A stretch of DNA of 54,845 bases from a bacterium (GTDB taxonomy: Bacteria; Electryoneota; AABM5-125-24; Hatepunaeales; Hatepunaeaceae). The notes below the pieces were generated by a model. The model did no database searches. It saw only the letters and a list, made by a program, of their open reading frames with translations, and was not told where the DNA came from. The stretch spans positions 1-54,845 of the forward strand of contig JALGVR010000007.1 in NCBI GenBank assembly GCA_025774605.1, written 5' to 3'. Made by a program: the position numbers and the translations under genes. The number at the start of each line of letters is the position of its first letter. The stretch's first letter is position 1. Shown here one piece after another: positions 18,680 to 28,664 of this stretch.

Positions 18680-19465
18680 ATGTTTTCCGGCTTCGCGATT
18701 CGTTCCGGCAACCCGGACAGGACGCCTCCGGTCTGCATCATCCTGACCGCAACCGTAATCTGTCTGTTTGCAGGTCAATTGTCCGCCGAGGGAATAACGG
18801 CATATTCATGTCTGGATTCGAGCTGGGTGGATACCGTATATTCCCTCGTCAGGAACGATCAGATGGATTCCGCCGTCAGGTTCATCAAGGGGCTCGGCGA
18901 TGAAAACAGTGTGGTCCGCATCTGGCTCGATATTCAGCGTGATATTTTCAGTGTCAAGCGAGACGCACACGCTTCCGCCGCCATCGGCAGGATCGGTGCC
19001 GAATATGCCGTCGAGAAGGGTTACATCCGCACCGCGGCGGTGATGTTGCACAACATCTGTTCCTTCATGATGCCGGAATTCGACGAAGGGATCGATGCGG
19101 AAGATCACCAGGCGATCATTGACGCCGCCAGGCGTCAGGTCGAGCTGAGGCGCCGGATCAGGTACAAGTCAAAGCTCGTCTGGGCGTTGTGGGATCTGGG
19201 GATCGCCCGGTTGTCGGCAGGGCACGCAGACGAAGCGATCAAGGCGCTAAGCGAGGGTGAAAAGCTTTCCCTGGATCAAGATGAAGCCAAAGCCGCCGCC
19301 TGGTGCCGCATTTTCATCGGCAAGACCAAGGTCAAGTACATGCCGGATCGCGAGTTCGAGGGCGAAAGAGATATGCTGGAAGCCGCGAGAATAATCCGTA
19401 AAACCGGGAAGTCATGGGAAAAAGAGGCCGTGGGGAATATCCTGAAATCGGTCTATCTTGAGTGA
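18680..19465 (+). CDS. Hypothetical alpha-helical (TPR-like), probably exported protein
   Basis: Hydrophobic stretch VCIILTATVICLFAGQLSA resembling a signal peptide; helical repeats (WALWDLGIARL, AAWCRIFIGK). Confidence 0.7.
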   Translation: MFSGFAIRSGNPDRTPPVCIILTATVICLFAGQLSAEGITAYSCLDSSWVDTVYSLVRNDQMDSAVRFIKGLGDENSVVRIWLDIQRDIFSVKRDAHASAAIGRIGAEYAVEKGYIRTAAVMLHNICSFMMPEFDEGIDAEDHQAIIDAARRQVELRRRIRYKSKLVWALWDLGIARLSAGHADEAIKALSEGEKLSLDQDEAKAAAWCRIFIGKTKVKYMPDREFEGERDMLEAARIIRKTGKSWEKEAVGNILKSVYLE

Positions 19466-19552
19466 CAACCATGACGGTTCGTCCATGGCATGTTCCGGCC
19501 GGAAACATGACAGGCATGGTTCAAATATGAATTATTTTTCTCTGCTTCACGA

Positions 19553-19813
19553 TTGCCGGCGGCGGGTAACATCACGGAGTCGCGGGGAGCGTTCGAGGAG
19601 GGTGAAAAACTGGCATTGGAGCAAAATGACCGGAACTGCGCCGCATGGTGTCGTATCTTTATCGGCAAGGCAAAAGTCAAGCGCCTGCCGGACCTGAAGG
19701 AGCAGGGCAGGCAGGAAATGCTGGATGCCGCCGGAGTCATCACTGAGATCGGTGAAGAGTGGGAACGGGAAGCAATGGAAGGGATCTTACAATCCGCCGG
19801 TGTTAAAAGATAA
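19553..19813 (+). pseudogene. Truncated paralog of the C-terminus of 18680-19465
   Basis: EGEKLALEQNDRNCAAWCRIFIGKAKVK aligns with EGEKLSLDQDEAKAAAWCRIFIGKTKVK; in-frame stop at 19508-19510 and no equivalent of the N-terminal two thirds. Confidence 0.7.
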
Positions 19814-19878
19814 TTCGCCGCCAATCTGCGGACAACCCGTGAGAATTCAAAAAACAACCAGATGAAAGCATATAAAAA

Positions 19879-20238
19879 ATGCCACTGATCGAAGTAAAAG
19901 CCGACGTGGAGAAGAACCGGTTGTACATGAAACTTGTGGGACTTCCCACACCGGAGAAGGCAGTAGAGCTCAAGAGCAGACTGATTATCGAATTACGTAA
20001 GTTAAAGCCCGGTTTCACGATGCTGAATGATTCGAGAGGTCTGCTGTTGGAAAAGGGGAATATTACGGGCATGGTCACGGAGATCATGCAGGCTATCGCC
20101 GCGGGGAAACCGTCCAAGGTTGCCCGTGTTGTCAACGAGCTTGCGGCTGAACCACTCGAAGAAATATCGACTAATGTCGGATACCAGGTCAGGGTTTTCG
20201 ATTCGGTTCAGAAAGCCGAGAAATTTCTGGATAGTTAG
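19879..20238 (+). CDS. Hypothetical SpoIIAA/STAS-like alpha/beta protein
   Basis: Pattern LYMKLVG...TMLNDSRG...KVARVV...VRVFDSVQKAEKFL. Confidence 0.6.
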   Translation: MPLIEVKADVEKNRLYMKLVGLPTPEKAVELKSRLIIELRKLKPGFTMLNDSRGLLLEKGNITGMVTEIMQAIAAGKPSKVARVVNELAAEPLEEISTNVGYQVRVFDSVQKAEKFLDS

Positions 20239-20363
20239 CTCTTAGCAACACCGGCGTCAGTCTCTGTTTTCATCAGCAGGATATGGTTGCATGTACATAT
20301 CACTGGCATTCAATGTTTTAGATCAGAATTCAAAGCCATGATAAAACCCAACTGGGAAACATA

Positions 20364-21623
20364 ATGAAACTTAAACTGCACTGGCAGATACTAATCGCAA
20401 TGGGCGTCGGCATCGTGTTCGGGATCATCTTCCAGAGTGTCTATAACGGCGAGCCGACCGGTTGGTTCTACGGTTTGATAACATCCCTTGGTACGATCTT
20501 TATTCGACTGCTGAAGATGGTGATCGTCCCGCTGATTTTCTCATCCATCGTAACCGGCGTTTCCGGCATCAGCGACGGCAAAAGCCTGGGGCGGTTGGGC
20601 GGAAAGACTTTTCTGTATTATGTAACGACGAGTTTATGCGCCATTCTCATCGGATTGACACTCACCAATATCATCCATCCGGGTTTCGGCGTATCACTCG
20701 CCGCGACCAGCAGTTTTGACGCTTCAAGCATTAAGACTCCCGGATCGCCGGCCGGGATCCTGATTCGCATGATCCCGCTCAACCCGGTGCATGCCGCATC
20801 CTCCGGCGACATGCTCGGCATAATCTTCTTCGCCATCTTCCTGGGCGTCATAATCACGAAGATCAAGCCCCGGTATCGCGACACCCTGAGAAACCTGTTC
20901 GAAGCGATATTCGAAGCGATAATGAAGGTTACGGAAGCGGTCATCAAACTGGCGCCGCTCGGCGTATTGGGCTTGATCACCAAGGCGGTGGCGACATCGG
21001 GATTTGACCTCTTTGCCGCGGTCGGGATATACATGGCCACGATCGCCGCCGGTCTGTCGATCCACTTTCTCATCGTGCTGCCGTTGTTATTCTTCCTGCT
21101 CACGAGGATCAATCCCATTTATCATTATCGAGCCATGGCATCGGCCATGGCGACGGCTTTCTCAACCAGCTCTTCCAACGCCACGCTGCCGGTCACCATG
21201 CGGAGCATCGAAGAAAACGCCGGTGTTTCCAATCGCATCTCCAGCTTTGTTCTACCCATGGGAGCGACGGTCAACATGGACGGCACCGCGTTGTATGAAT
21301 GCGCCGGAGTGCTTTTCATCAGCCAGGTACTGGGTGTTGAATTATCGTTTTCGCAGCAATTCATCGTTGTCCTGACCGCTCTGCTGGCATCCATAGGCGC
21401 CGCCGGAATTCCCAGCGCCGGACTGGTGATGATCTTCATTGTAACCCAGGCTGTCGGCTTCAAGGACACGGATGTGGCGATGATCATCGGCACAATGCTG
21501 GCGGTTGATCGACCGCTGGACATGTTCCGGACGATGGTGAACGTCACCAGCGACAGCGTCGGAACAGTCATTATCGCCAAGAGCGAGGGTGAAACCGATT
21601 TGTACCGGAATTTGAAGATGTGA
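20364..21623 (+). CDS. gltP: Dicarboxylate/amino acid:cation symporter (DAACS, GltP/GltT-like)
   Basis: FSTSSSNATLP, GATVNMDGTALY, ASIGAAGIP, DRPLDMFRTMVNV. Confidence 0.93.
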   Translation: MKLKLHWQILIAMGVGIVFGIIFQSVYNGEPTGWFYGLITSLGTIFIRLLKMVIVPLIFSSIVTGVSGISDGKSLGRLGGKTFLYYVTTSLCAILIGLTLTNIIHPGFGVSLAATSSFDASSIKTPGSPAGILIRMIPLNPVHAASSGDMLGIIFFAIFLGVIITKIKPRYRDTLRNLFEAIFEAIMKVTEAVIKLAPLGVLGLITKAVATSGFDLFAAVGIYMATIAAGLSIHFLIVLPLLFFLLTRINPIYHYRAMASAMATAFSTSSSNATLPVTMRSIEENAGVSNRISSFVLPMGATVNMDGTALYECAGVLFISQVLGVELSFSQQFIVVLTALLASIGAAGIPSAGLVMIFIVTQAVGFKDTDVAMIIGTMLAVDRPLDMFRTMVNVTSDSVGTVIIAKSEGETDLYRNLKM

Positions 21624-21732
21624 TAGCGCTGAAAATGATATGTATGTTCTGTAAGACTTGTATGGTAATGATGTGAATGTCACCCTGAACAAAGTGAAGG
21701 GGCTCTTGTTTTTCCTTGTTAATGATAATTAA

Positions 21733-21758
21733 GAGATTCTTCACTTCGTTCAGGTGAC
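21733..21758. repeat. Single REP-like palindrome (GTCATTCTGAACGAAGTGAAGAATCTC family, reversed)
   Basis: GAGATTCTTCACTTCGTTCAGGTGAC matches the family at 27468 and 36084-36134. Confidence 0.65.
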
Positions 21759-21873
21759 TCCGGGGAGTTCGTTCAGAACGTTATCGAGGTTTACTCAACC
21801 AGTTACCAGCGATGGTAACCCGTGCAACAGTCTTCCTGTAAAAATTACTTAAACGCTTTCAAACGAGGAATCC

Positions 21874-23055
21874 ATGAGAATATTACTCACTGTCGTTATC
21901 TTCACGGCGATGCTGCTGGATACAACAATCGCGGCGGAAGCTGCAACCGACTTCAACTGGTGGGGAATGGTCGCCGTTCGAGGGCGGCATGAATCCTATA
22001 AGGAGTACGTTGACATATCCGCCTCCGATACCACAAAATGGGGAACGGTTCGCTATACCGATGACAATTCCAAAACACGGCTGGGTTACAAGTTTGGTTT
22101 CTCGCTGGACATCAACGAATTCATCACTGCGGCCGTAACGCTCCGATCCGGCGTGGGCAGCGTGATGTGGCAGGATATCAGCACAGAGAATACGAGCGGT
22201 TTGAGCCCCGGCCTCCAGGAGGCGTATATCCGCTGGACACCTCCAAAGGCACAGGTTTTAATGGGCAGGATTCCACAATCCGGGAATGCAATGTGGGACC
22301 TTTACGCTGCAAGCAACAACATTCGCGACCCGGTTCGCCAGGACAATCCGACCGACGGCGTCTTCAACGACAAGATGGGATTTCTGAACGGTATCAAGCT
22401 GCTGGTTCCGGTTGGACCGGTGACCATGCGGGCAGTCTATCACACCGATTACGTAGGTGGTGCCCGCCGGGAATACAGCTCGAGCAGCTCATCCCCTGAG
22501 ATCACACCGCAGATGGATTCTTATACATACGTGGGCGGGCTGTCGGTCGACATCATGCAGACCCTGGCATCATTCGGGCAGACGATGCCGACCGGTGTGT
22601 CGTCACAACTGGATTTCGATTACGGTAAGCCGCACCGGATCGGCGACCTGCGCGACACGGACACCGACTCATCCTACGCCGATGAGAAGCTCTGGGGCAT
22701 GTCATTCAAAGTCGGGCGCTTCTCACCAACAACACATACAGGCAGCGAATTCCAGTACAGTTACGGCTACAACAAACGCGAGGGCATATACGAATCCAGG
22801 TTCTCCGATTACAAACTCACGGCTGAATTCAGGGGATTCCGGTTGACGTTCAGATACCAGGACAATACCCAGGAGATGACGGAGGGCATCTATAAAGGGC
22901 ATGAAGCCGACAGGACGGCGACCCACATCTATCTCAACACCACCTTATGGGGGCTTGACATCCAGCCGCGCTACATCAAATTCGAGACCAAGGTGGGGGG
23001 GCATAAGGCGACTTCCAACGAACGGTACGAGGTGACGTCTACGATTAGGTTTTAA
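21874..23055 (+). CDS. Outer-membrane beta-barrel protein (putative porin)
   Basis: Signal peptide, alternating amphipathic strands rich in Y/G/D, C-terminal Phe (YEVTSTIRF). Confidence 0.7.
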   Translation: MRILLTVVIFTAMLLDTTIAAEAATDFNWWGMVAVRGRHESYKEYVDISASDTTKWGTVRYTDDNSKTRLGYKFGFSLDINEFITAAVTLRSGVGSVMWQDISTENTSGLSPGLQEAYIRWTPPKAQVLMGRIPQSGNAMWDLYAASNNIRDPVRQDNPTDGVFNDKMGFLNGIKLLVPVGPVTMRAVYHTDYVGGARREYSSSSSSPEITPQMDSYTYVGGLSVDIMQTLASFGQTMPTGVSSQLDFDYGKPHRIGDLRDTDTDSSYADEKLWGMSFKVGRFSPTTHTGSEFQYSYGYNKREGIYESRFSDYKLTAEFRGFRLTFRYQDNTQEMTEGIYKGHEADRTATHIYLNTTLWGLDIQPRYIKFETKVGGHKATSNERYEVTSTIRF

Positions 23056-23258
23056 AATGTCGGCAAGGCGCTGTTTGTCATGCAGAATATAGTGAAGCAT
23101 CTAATTGATTTAACGGGAGCTTCTTCAGTTCGTCAGGGTAACGCGCGACCCGTCAAATCACCGATTGGTTATTACTCTTAAGTTTTTCACTATAAATCAT
23201 CGTCTGTTCAGCCGGTGACACCTGTTAAATGGGGTGCTTCATGGTTGAGCTTTAATAC

Positions 23259-24242
23259 CTATTGAGGCAGATAACCGCCGGCCTCCTTCAGTCTGTCGAT
23301 CCTCCACTCGAGCAGTTCATCGATAAGCTTCAGGTCGCCCTCGTCTATCCTCCACCCCGCTCCGCCGACAGTCTCCTCTATCTGGGAGGGACGCCTTGCA
23401 CCGGCGATGGCTGCGGTAACAACATCCAGTCTGAGCGTCCAGGCAATGGCCAGCTGAGCCGGTGTCTTGTCGTACTTCAAGGCGATGTTCCACAACCGCC
23501 CGGCGAATTCCTGGTTGATATGCAGATTCGGCTCCTTGAACTCGTTCGATCTCCTGCGCCAGTCGTTTTCGGCGACCCGCCGGATATCGAACTTTCCCGT
23601 CAACAGACCCGAATGCATGGGACTGTAAGCCACAACCCCGATGTCGTTCCGCCGGCAGAAATCGAATTCCGCACCTTCGACCTTTCGCCGCAACATGCTG
23701 TAGGGAGGCTGCAGCGAGGCAATCGGATGTATTCTCTGGGCCCTCTCCATATGCCCTACGTTGAAATTTGAAACGCCGCCGCAGCGAACCTTGCCCTCCT
23801 CCATCAGGCGGGCGATGGCTTCCCAACCTTCCTCTATATGTTCGTCGTCGATGGGCCAGTGGATCTGGTAGAGGTCGATATGGTCGGTGTTCAGTCGCCT
23901 AAGGCTGTCCTCGCATTCCCGGCGCACGCTGTCGGATGTCAGCCTGCCGGATATCTCCCCCTTCTCGTTCCAGACCTGCGAGCACTTGGTGGCGATGATG
24001 ATCTCATCGCGGCGCCCCTCGAATGCCCTGGCGACCAGCTCCTCGCTGTGTCCCAGTCCGTAAATCGCCGCGGTATCGATCCAGTTTACACCGAGCTCCA
24101 CCGCCCGACGCATGGCGGCGATTGATTCATCATCGTCCTGCGGTCCCCAGCCGAACGACCAGTCGCCGCCACCGATCGCCCAGGCGCCGAAACCGACCTC
24201 GGTCAGCTGCAGGTCGGTAAAGCCGAGTTTCCTGGTGTTCAT
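23259..24242 (-). CDS. Aldo/keto reductase
   Basis: VGFGAWAIGG, WIDTAAIYG, ATK, DLYQIHWP, GVSNF, QPPYS, YSPM. Confidence 0.93.
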   Translation of the reverse strand: MNTRKLGFTDLQLTEVGFGAWAIGGGDWSFGWGPQDDDESIAAMRRAVELGVNWIDTAAIYGLGHSEELVARAFEGRRDEIIIATKCSQVWNEKGEISGRLTSDSVRRECEDSLRRLNTDHIDLYQIHWPIDDEHIEEGWEAIARLMEEGKVRCGGVSNFNVGHMERAQRIHPIASLQPPYSMLRRKVEGAEFDFCRRNDIGVVAYSPMHSGLLTGKFDIRRVAENDWRRRSNEFKEPNLHINQEFAGRLWNIALKYDKTPAQLAIAWTLRLDVVTAAIAGARRPSQIEETVGGAGWRIDEGDLKLIDELLEWRIDRLKEAGGYLPQ

Positions 24243-24459
24243 TTTTTAACTCCAGACGAATGATTCACCCTGAGATGAAGATTTCCGGCATGCATACAAG
24301 CATGAAGTATTCTTCGTTTACGATAGCGGTAAAACGGGTCTGATCCGTCATGCTCACCATGAAACGCTACAGTATTCGCGGATCTCCAAGATATCCCCCA
24401 AATAATGTAAGGGGGGATGGGGAGCTCATTTTTTCAATATCATCAATCACAATAACTTA

Positions 24460-25782
24460 TCATCCCCCGACCGAAACTGACACGCCGTCCACCAGGAACG
24501 GTCCGGTCTCCATCAAGCCCCGATGGTTTCGAGCTTCACCCACAGCCACAATGTTGTTCAGCAGGTCGAACACATTCCCCGCGACCATCGTTTCCACCAG
24601 TGGAATCGCTTCTCCATCATTCAACATGTGTGAGTTCTTTGCAACGCCGGAGAAATCGCCGGTTACAGTATTCAGGTTGCCGGCGAAACGCCTCATGGAC
24701 AGGATCGGTCTTCCCGCCTGTGCAGCCAGGTCAGCGACATCACCGCTCTCTCCGGCAAGGCGGGTGACGACGAGCCCGTTCTCATGACCGGTTGTTCCGG
24801 TACCGCGCCTGGACGCCGAATCGACCGACTCCATGAAAAACTTCAGCACACCCTTTTCAATCAGTGTATGAGCCCGGGTCGGCGTGCCGGCGGTGTCGAA
24901 GCTCGCCGCCTGGATGTAATCCAGGTTATGCGGATCGTCCCTGACCGTGAACCGCGGGGAGGCGACCGTTTCGCCCAGCTTGTCCGCCCAGCGGCTGGCG
25001 TTATCCTTCAGCGCGTTGCCGTGGGAATGAAACTCGACGACCTGCATCAGCATCTGGTTGACAACCTCGGGGCGCAGGATGATCATCCCCTTGTAGCTCT
25101 CACCCTTGCGCGGATTGAATGTCGATTTAAGATTGGCGGTAAGTTCATCCATCATCCGGCGGGTTTCCAGGGGAAAATTCGCCAGATCGCGCGACCCGAA
25201 CCAGTCATAGTCAAAGGAGGTGACCTGACCATCGTGCACACCCATGCCCATCAGCATGGAACTCAAATATGTAACTTCGGTGGAGACCGATACGCCGTTG
25301 GTGTTGATGATGCAGTACGAGACGTGATTGACGTCGATCGAACCGGAATCCACGGATATCTCCCGATCGGCAAACACCGGTTCGAAAACCGATCGGGTGA
25401 TTTTCAGCAGTTCCTCCGATCCGAGAGCGGCTATATCCGCGCTTGCCAGCGGCAGGTCGACGATCTCCCCGGGCAGGCTGAACGCCAGTTTCTCGTCGCG
25501 CGGCGCGGTTGACGCCAGCGCCACCGCTCTACTGGCGACATCTCGCAACCCGTCCGAAGACAGATCATTCGTCAGAGCCGAGCCGAGCTGGAAGTCCTTG
25601 TGTATGACGAGCTTGATCTCGGAATAATCCGAGGAGGAACCGATCTGGTAGTCGTTCTTCTCCAGGCTCACCCTGCGTCGCCGCCGGGAGACGGCGGTTA
25701 CCTGAGCGGTGTCGATTCCAAGATGCTTGACCATCTCCATCAGCTTCCGACTCTTCAACAGAAGTTCATCGGGGCTTCTCAT
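24460..25782 (-). CDS. tldE: TldE/PmbA family protein (second copy)
   Basis: Start moved to ATG 25782 behind a GGGAGGT RBS; SFDTAGTPT, GDFSGV, VETMVAGNVFDLL. Confidence 0.85.
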   Translation of the reverse strand: MRSPDELLLKSRKLMEMVKHLGIDTAQVTAVSRRRRRVSLEKNDYQIGSSSDYSEIKLVIHKDFQLGSALTNDLSSDGLRDVASRAVALASTAPRDEKLAFSLPGEIVDLPLASADIAALGSEELLKITRSVFEPVFADREISVDSGSIDVNHVSYCIINTNGVSVSTEVTYLSSMLMGMGVHDGQVTSFDYDWFGSRDLANFPLETRRMMDELTANLKSTFNPRKGESYKGMIILRPEVVNQMLMQVVEFHSHGNALKDNASRWADKLGETVASPRFTVRDDPHNLDYIQAASFDTAGTPTRAHTLIEKGVLKFFMESVDSASRRGTGTTGHENGLVVTRLAGESGDVADLAAQAGRPILSMRRFAGNLNTVTGDFSGVAKNSHMLNDGEAIPLVETMVAGNVFDLLNNIVAVGEARNHRGLMETGPFLVDGVSVSVGG

Positions 25783-25783
25783 G

Positions 25784-27190
25784 CTACTTACCTCCCAATG
25801 TTGTCCGGCAACGGATGTAGGGACCGCCGCCATCGACCTTTGCCGCCTGGCCCTTGCCACAATATCCGGTGCCCATGTCCCACATGAATTCCGAGCTGAC
25901 TGCATCGACACTCTTCAGCACATCGAAGGCAATGCCGGAAATGGTGACTTCACGAAACAGCCTGCCCAGCCTGCCGTCCTTGATCTCGACAGCGTGACCC
26001 ACGCCGAACATGAATTCGCCGGTCGCATCAGCCTGACCGGAGCCGCTGCCCTCGAGCAGCACGCCGGATTTTGTCTCCGCGATGATCTCATCGAGGCTCC
26101 GCGCCCCCGGAGCCAGGCAGGTGTTGCGCATGCGGATCAGTGGCTCTACGCCGTATTCCCAGGCTCGAGCGTTACCCGTGGGCTCGACCCCGAAGAGCGC
26201 CGCGGACTCACGGTTGTGAAGATAGGACTTCAATATACCATGATCGATGATTGTCACCTCACGACAGGGAACACCCTCGTCATCGAAAGTCAACATCGCC
26301 GCGGGATTTTCGCCGTAGGGCGCGTCTCCGGAGTCGATCAGCGTAACAAGTTCCGAACCGACGCGTTCGCCGATTTTATCCTTCGCCACCGAACCGGACT
26401 GGACAAAGTCCGCCTCAACGGTGTGACCGACCGCTTCATGGCTCAGCAGTCCGGCGATACTGGGCGACAAGATCACGGTCTGTTTTCCGCCCTCCACGTA
26501 ACCCGCCGACAGCAGATCGACCGCCAGTCCGGATGTCTTTTCAACAACGTTATCGATGGAAGGGTGTTGGAACAGGCTTTCCCAGTCGCCGCTGATGCCT
26601 GCACCGTTGCGATAGGTTGTCTGCACCCCGGATTTTTCCGCGATCAGACCGAGCAGGAATTCCGGCTGAGCCAGACGCTGCCTGGCACAGGCGCCGTCAC
26701 TGGTCACGATTATCTTGTCCTCCAGCAGCTCGCTGTAACGGCAGGTGGCGCGGGTGATGTACTTTGATGAAGCCTTGCCGGCGCGCTCCATCTTCACGAC
26801 CGCGTCCAACTTGTCCTGGAGCGTCATATCCATCAGTGATTCATAGCCCGGTGCGAAGTAATCCTCGGTCGCAAGCGGGATCTTTTTGAATTCGGTTACC
26901 TTCCGCTTCTTGAGTTTCGAGAGGTTGCGGGCGTTGACGATGGCGCTGTGCACCGCCTGCATGATGCCGGTTTCAGTCAGTTCGTCGGTGCTGGAGAAGC
27001 CGTAGCAGCCGTCCACCATCGTGCGCACACCCACGCCGGCCTTGACGATCGACTCCGCGGTGTCTATCCGTCCGCCGCGCGCCATGATTGAATTGCGGCG
27101 GCGGTGGTGATAGCGCAGTTCGATCCAGTCATCGACCTTGTCAACGCAGGATTTCAGTATCTCTTTCATGGCGATTTTCAAGTTCTCCAA
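25784..27190 (-). CDS. tldD: TldD family zinc metalloprotease subunit (second copy)
   Basis: SHEAVGHTVEAD (HExxGH), FDDEGVP, RMRNT, CGKGQ, DGGGP. Confidence 0.92.
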   Translation of the reverse strand: MENLKIAMKEILKSCVDKVDDWIELRYHHRRRNSIMARGGRIDTAESIVKAGVGVRTMVDGCYGFSSTDELTETGIMQAVHSAIVNARNLSKLKKRKVTEFKKIPLATEDYFAPGYESLMDMTLQDKLDAVVKMERAGKASSKYITRATCRYSELLEDKIIVTSDGACARQRLAQPEFLLGLIAEKSGVQTTYRNGAGISGDWESLFQHPSIDNVVEKTSGLAVDLLSAGYVEGGKQTVILSPSIAGLLSHEAVGHTVEADFVQSGSVAKDKIGERVGSELVTLIDSGDAPYGENPAAMLTFDDEGVPCREVTIIDHGILKSYLHNRESAALFGVEPTGNARAWEYGVEPLIRMRNTCLAPGARSLDEIIAETKSGVLLEGSGSGQADATGEFMFGVGHAVEIKDGRLGRLFREVTISGIAFDVLKSVDAVSSEFMWDMGTGYCGKGQAAKVDGGGPYIRCRTTLGGK

Positions 27191-27424
27191 AATGTTCTGT
27201 TTAATCTATTAAGTTAAAGACAAACCCGCCGGTGTGAAAGTGAGAACGTAAGAAAGTGCGAAGGTGAGAAAGTTTGTGGATATGTGGCTCGTACAGCTTG
27301 ACGGTTGATGTTGTGTTGCCGGAACGATCTGAATCCACGCCGTACAGTCCAGGATAATCCGGTAATATAATGATCCAGGTCATATTTTATTACGAGGAGC
27401 GACTTATAGTCGCATCTCTATATA

Positions 27425-27537
27425 TCCTTCTGAGCCATCCAATGCGTCCTTCTGAACCATCCAATTCGTCATTCTGAACGAAGTGAAGAACCTCATCCCC
27501 TCCCACCAAGAAGATCCTTCACTGCGTTCAGGATGAC
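27425..27537. repeat. Inverted REP pair preceded by two 22-bp truncated units
   Basis: TCCTTCTGAGCCATCCAATGCG / TCCTTCTGAACCATCCAATTCG, then GTCATTCTGAACGAAGTGAAGAACCTC ... GATCCTTCACTGCGTTCAGGATGAC. Confidence 0.85.
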
Positions 27538-27544
27538 AATACAA

Positions 27545-28318
27545 CTATAAAACGCTCCCCTTAATAACCGCTTTCGGCTTCATCTGCAACGTTATCCCCG
27601 CCACGATCAATCCCAGGCCGAGGACGGATGTGACCAGTATCGTTTCACCGAGGATGAAATGAATGAAGATCAGCGAGAGGAACGGCGTGATGTATGCCTT
27701 GATCCCCACCGACGCGCTGTCCTTCGACAGGCTCAGCGCCTTCAGCCAGATCACGAACGTTATCCCCATCTCAAACAGACCGACATAGGCGCCCCCGGCG
27801 AAGCCCGTCAAGGTTGGAAGCGTGAAACCTGACAGGAGCGCCATAACGACGAGGTTGTAAATATTCCCGAACAGGAAGCAGAGGAAAAGCCTGACCGTTG
27901 GATCGCGCCGGTCACGGAGGTTGAATATCCAGAACAGCGCCCAGATAACCGAGCTGCCGATCGCCAGCAGGTCACCGGTCAGGCTGGTAAATCTGAGCGC
28001 GATCACGTTGCCGCGGGTGGCGATAAGGATAACACCGGAAAAGCTGATAACGATGGCAATTATCGTACGTATCGTGAGTTTCTGCTTCAGCAGCGGCGCC
28101 GACAGGATCGACAGCATTATCGGCCAGGTCCAGTTAAGCGGCTGCGCCTCCTGAGCCGGCAGCAGGTCGTAGGCGCGGAACAGCACGAGGTAGTACAGCG
28201 TCGGATTGATCAATCCCAACAGCATTGAATGGAGCAACTGCCGCTTCGTCGACTGCCGTAAGAGCGCGATCTTCCCCTGCACCAACAGCGCCATGAACAA
28301 CGAAACGAGGGAGACCAT
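27545..28318 (-). CDS. EamA/DMT family transporter; true start probably ATC at 28447
   Basis: Hydrophobic helices, EAQPLNWTWP, YITPFLSLIF; the frame continues upstream with a typical EamA N-terminus (QTKAYLYTGAAVLLWSTVASAFK). Confidence 0.88.
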   Translation of the reverse strand: MVSLVSLFMALLVQGKIALLRQSTKRQLLHSMLLGLINPTLYYLVLFRAYDLLPAQEAQPLNWTWPIMLSILSAPLLKQKLTIRTIIAIVISFSGVILIATRGNVIALRFTSLTGDLLAIGSSVIWALFWIFNLRDRRDPTVRLFLCFLFGNIYNLVVMALLSGFTLPTLTGFAGGAYVGLFEMGITFVIWLKALSLSKDSASVGIKAYITPFLSLIFIHFILGETILVTSVLGLGLIVAGITLQMKPKAVIKGSVL

Positions 28319-28489
28319 TGAGGCGAAGAACAGCAGTTGGATATAATCCAGCTCCCTGAGCGCGATCTTGAACGCCGATGCGACGGTTGACCAGAGCAGT
28401 ACTGCCGCTCCGGTGTAAAGGTATGCTTTTGTCTGGTGGGTTTGGATATGCGTTTACCGGAAATGATGAATCGGGAGCGGGGACACTCC

Positions 28490-28664
28490 CAGCCTGTCTG
28501 AGAATAGCAAATTGTCTCGGGATTCATCATTCCAACGGAAGCATGCCCTCGCGGACGCGGGGGTTGGAATCCAGTGAAGTTACTGATACTACGTGCGTTA
28601 CTGGATTCCATCTTTCGATGGAATGATGAGGTTTGGCGCGTTTTTCTCATTCTCAGACAGACTG
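28490..28664. mobile_element. 175-bp MITE-like element carrying a REP doublet
   Basis: 16-bp TIRs CAGCCTGTCTGAGAAT / ATTCTCAGACAGACTG (1 mismatch); CTCC direct repeats at 28486-28489 and 28665-28668; second partial copy at 193-348. Confidence 0.8.

Noticed and set aside
19490-19813. Selenocysteine or stop read-through at TGA 19508 extending the paralog fragment
   Set aside because: Adds only six residues from ATG 19490, with no Cys-equivalent context and no evident SECIS
12609-27190. RiPP cluster built around TldD/E
   Set aside because: No YcaO, radical SAM, lanthipeptide enzyme, RRE or convincing precursor peptide was recognised
27201-27383. 60-aa ORF upstream of tldD
   Set aside because: No motif or clear RBS; lies in a repeat-rich intergenic region
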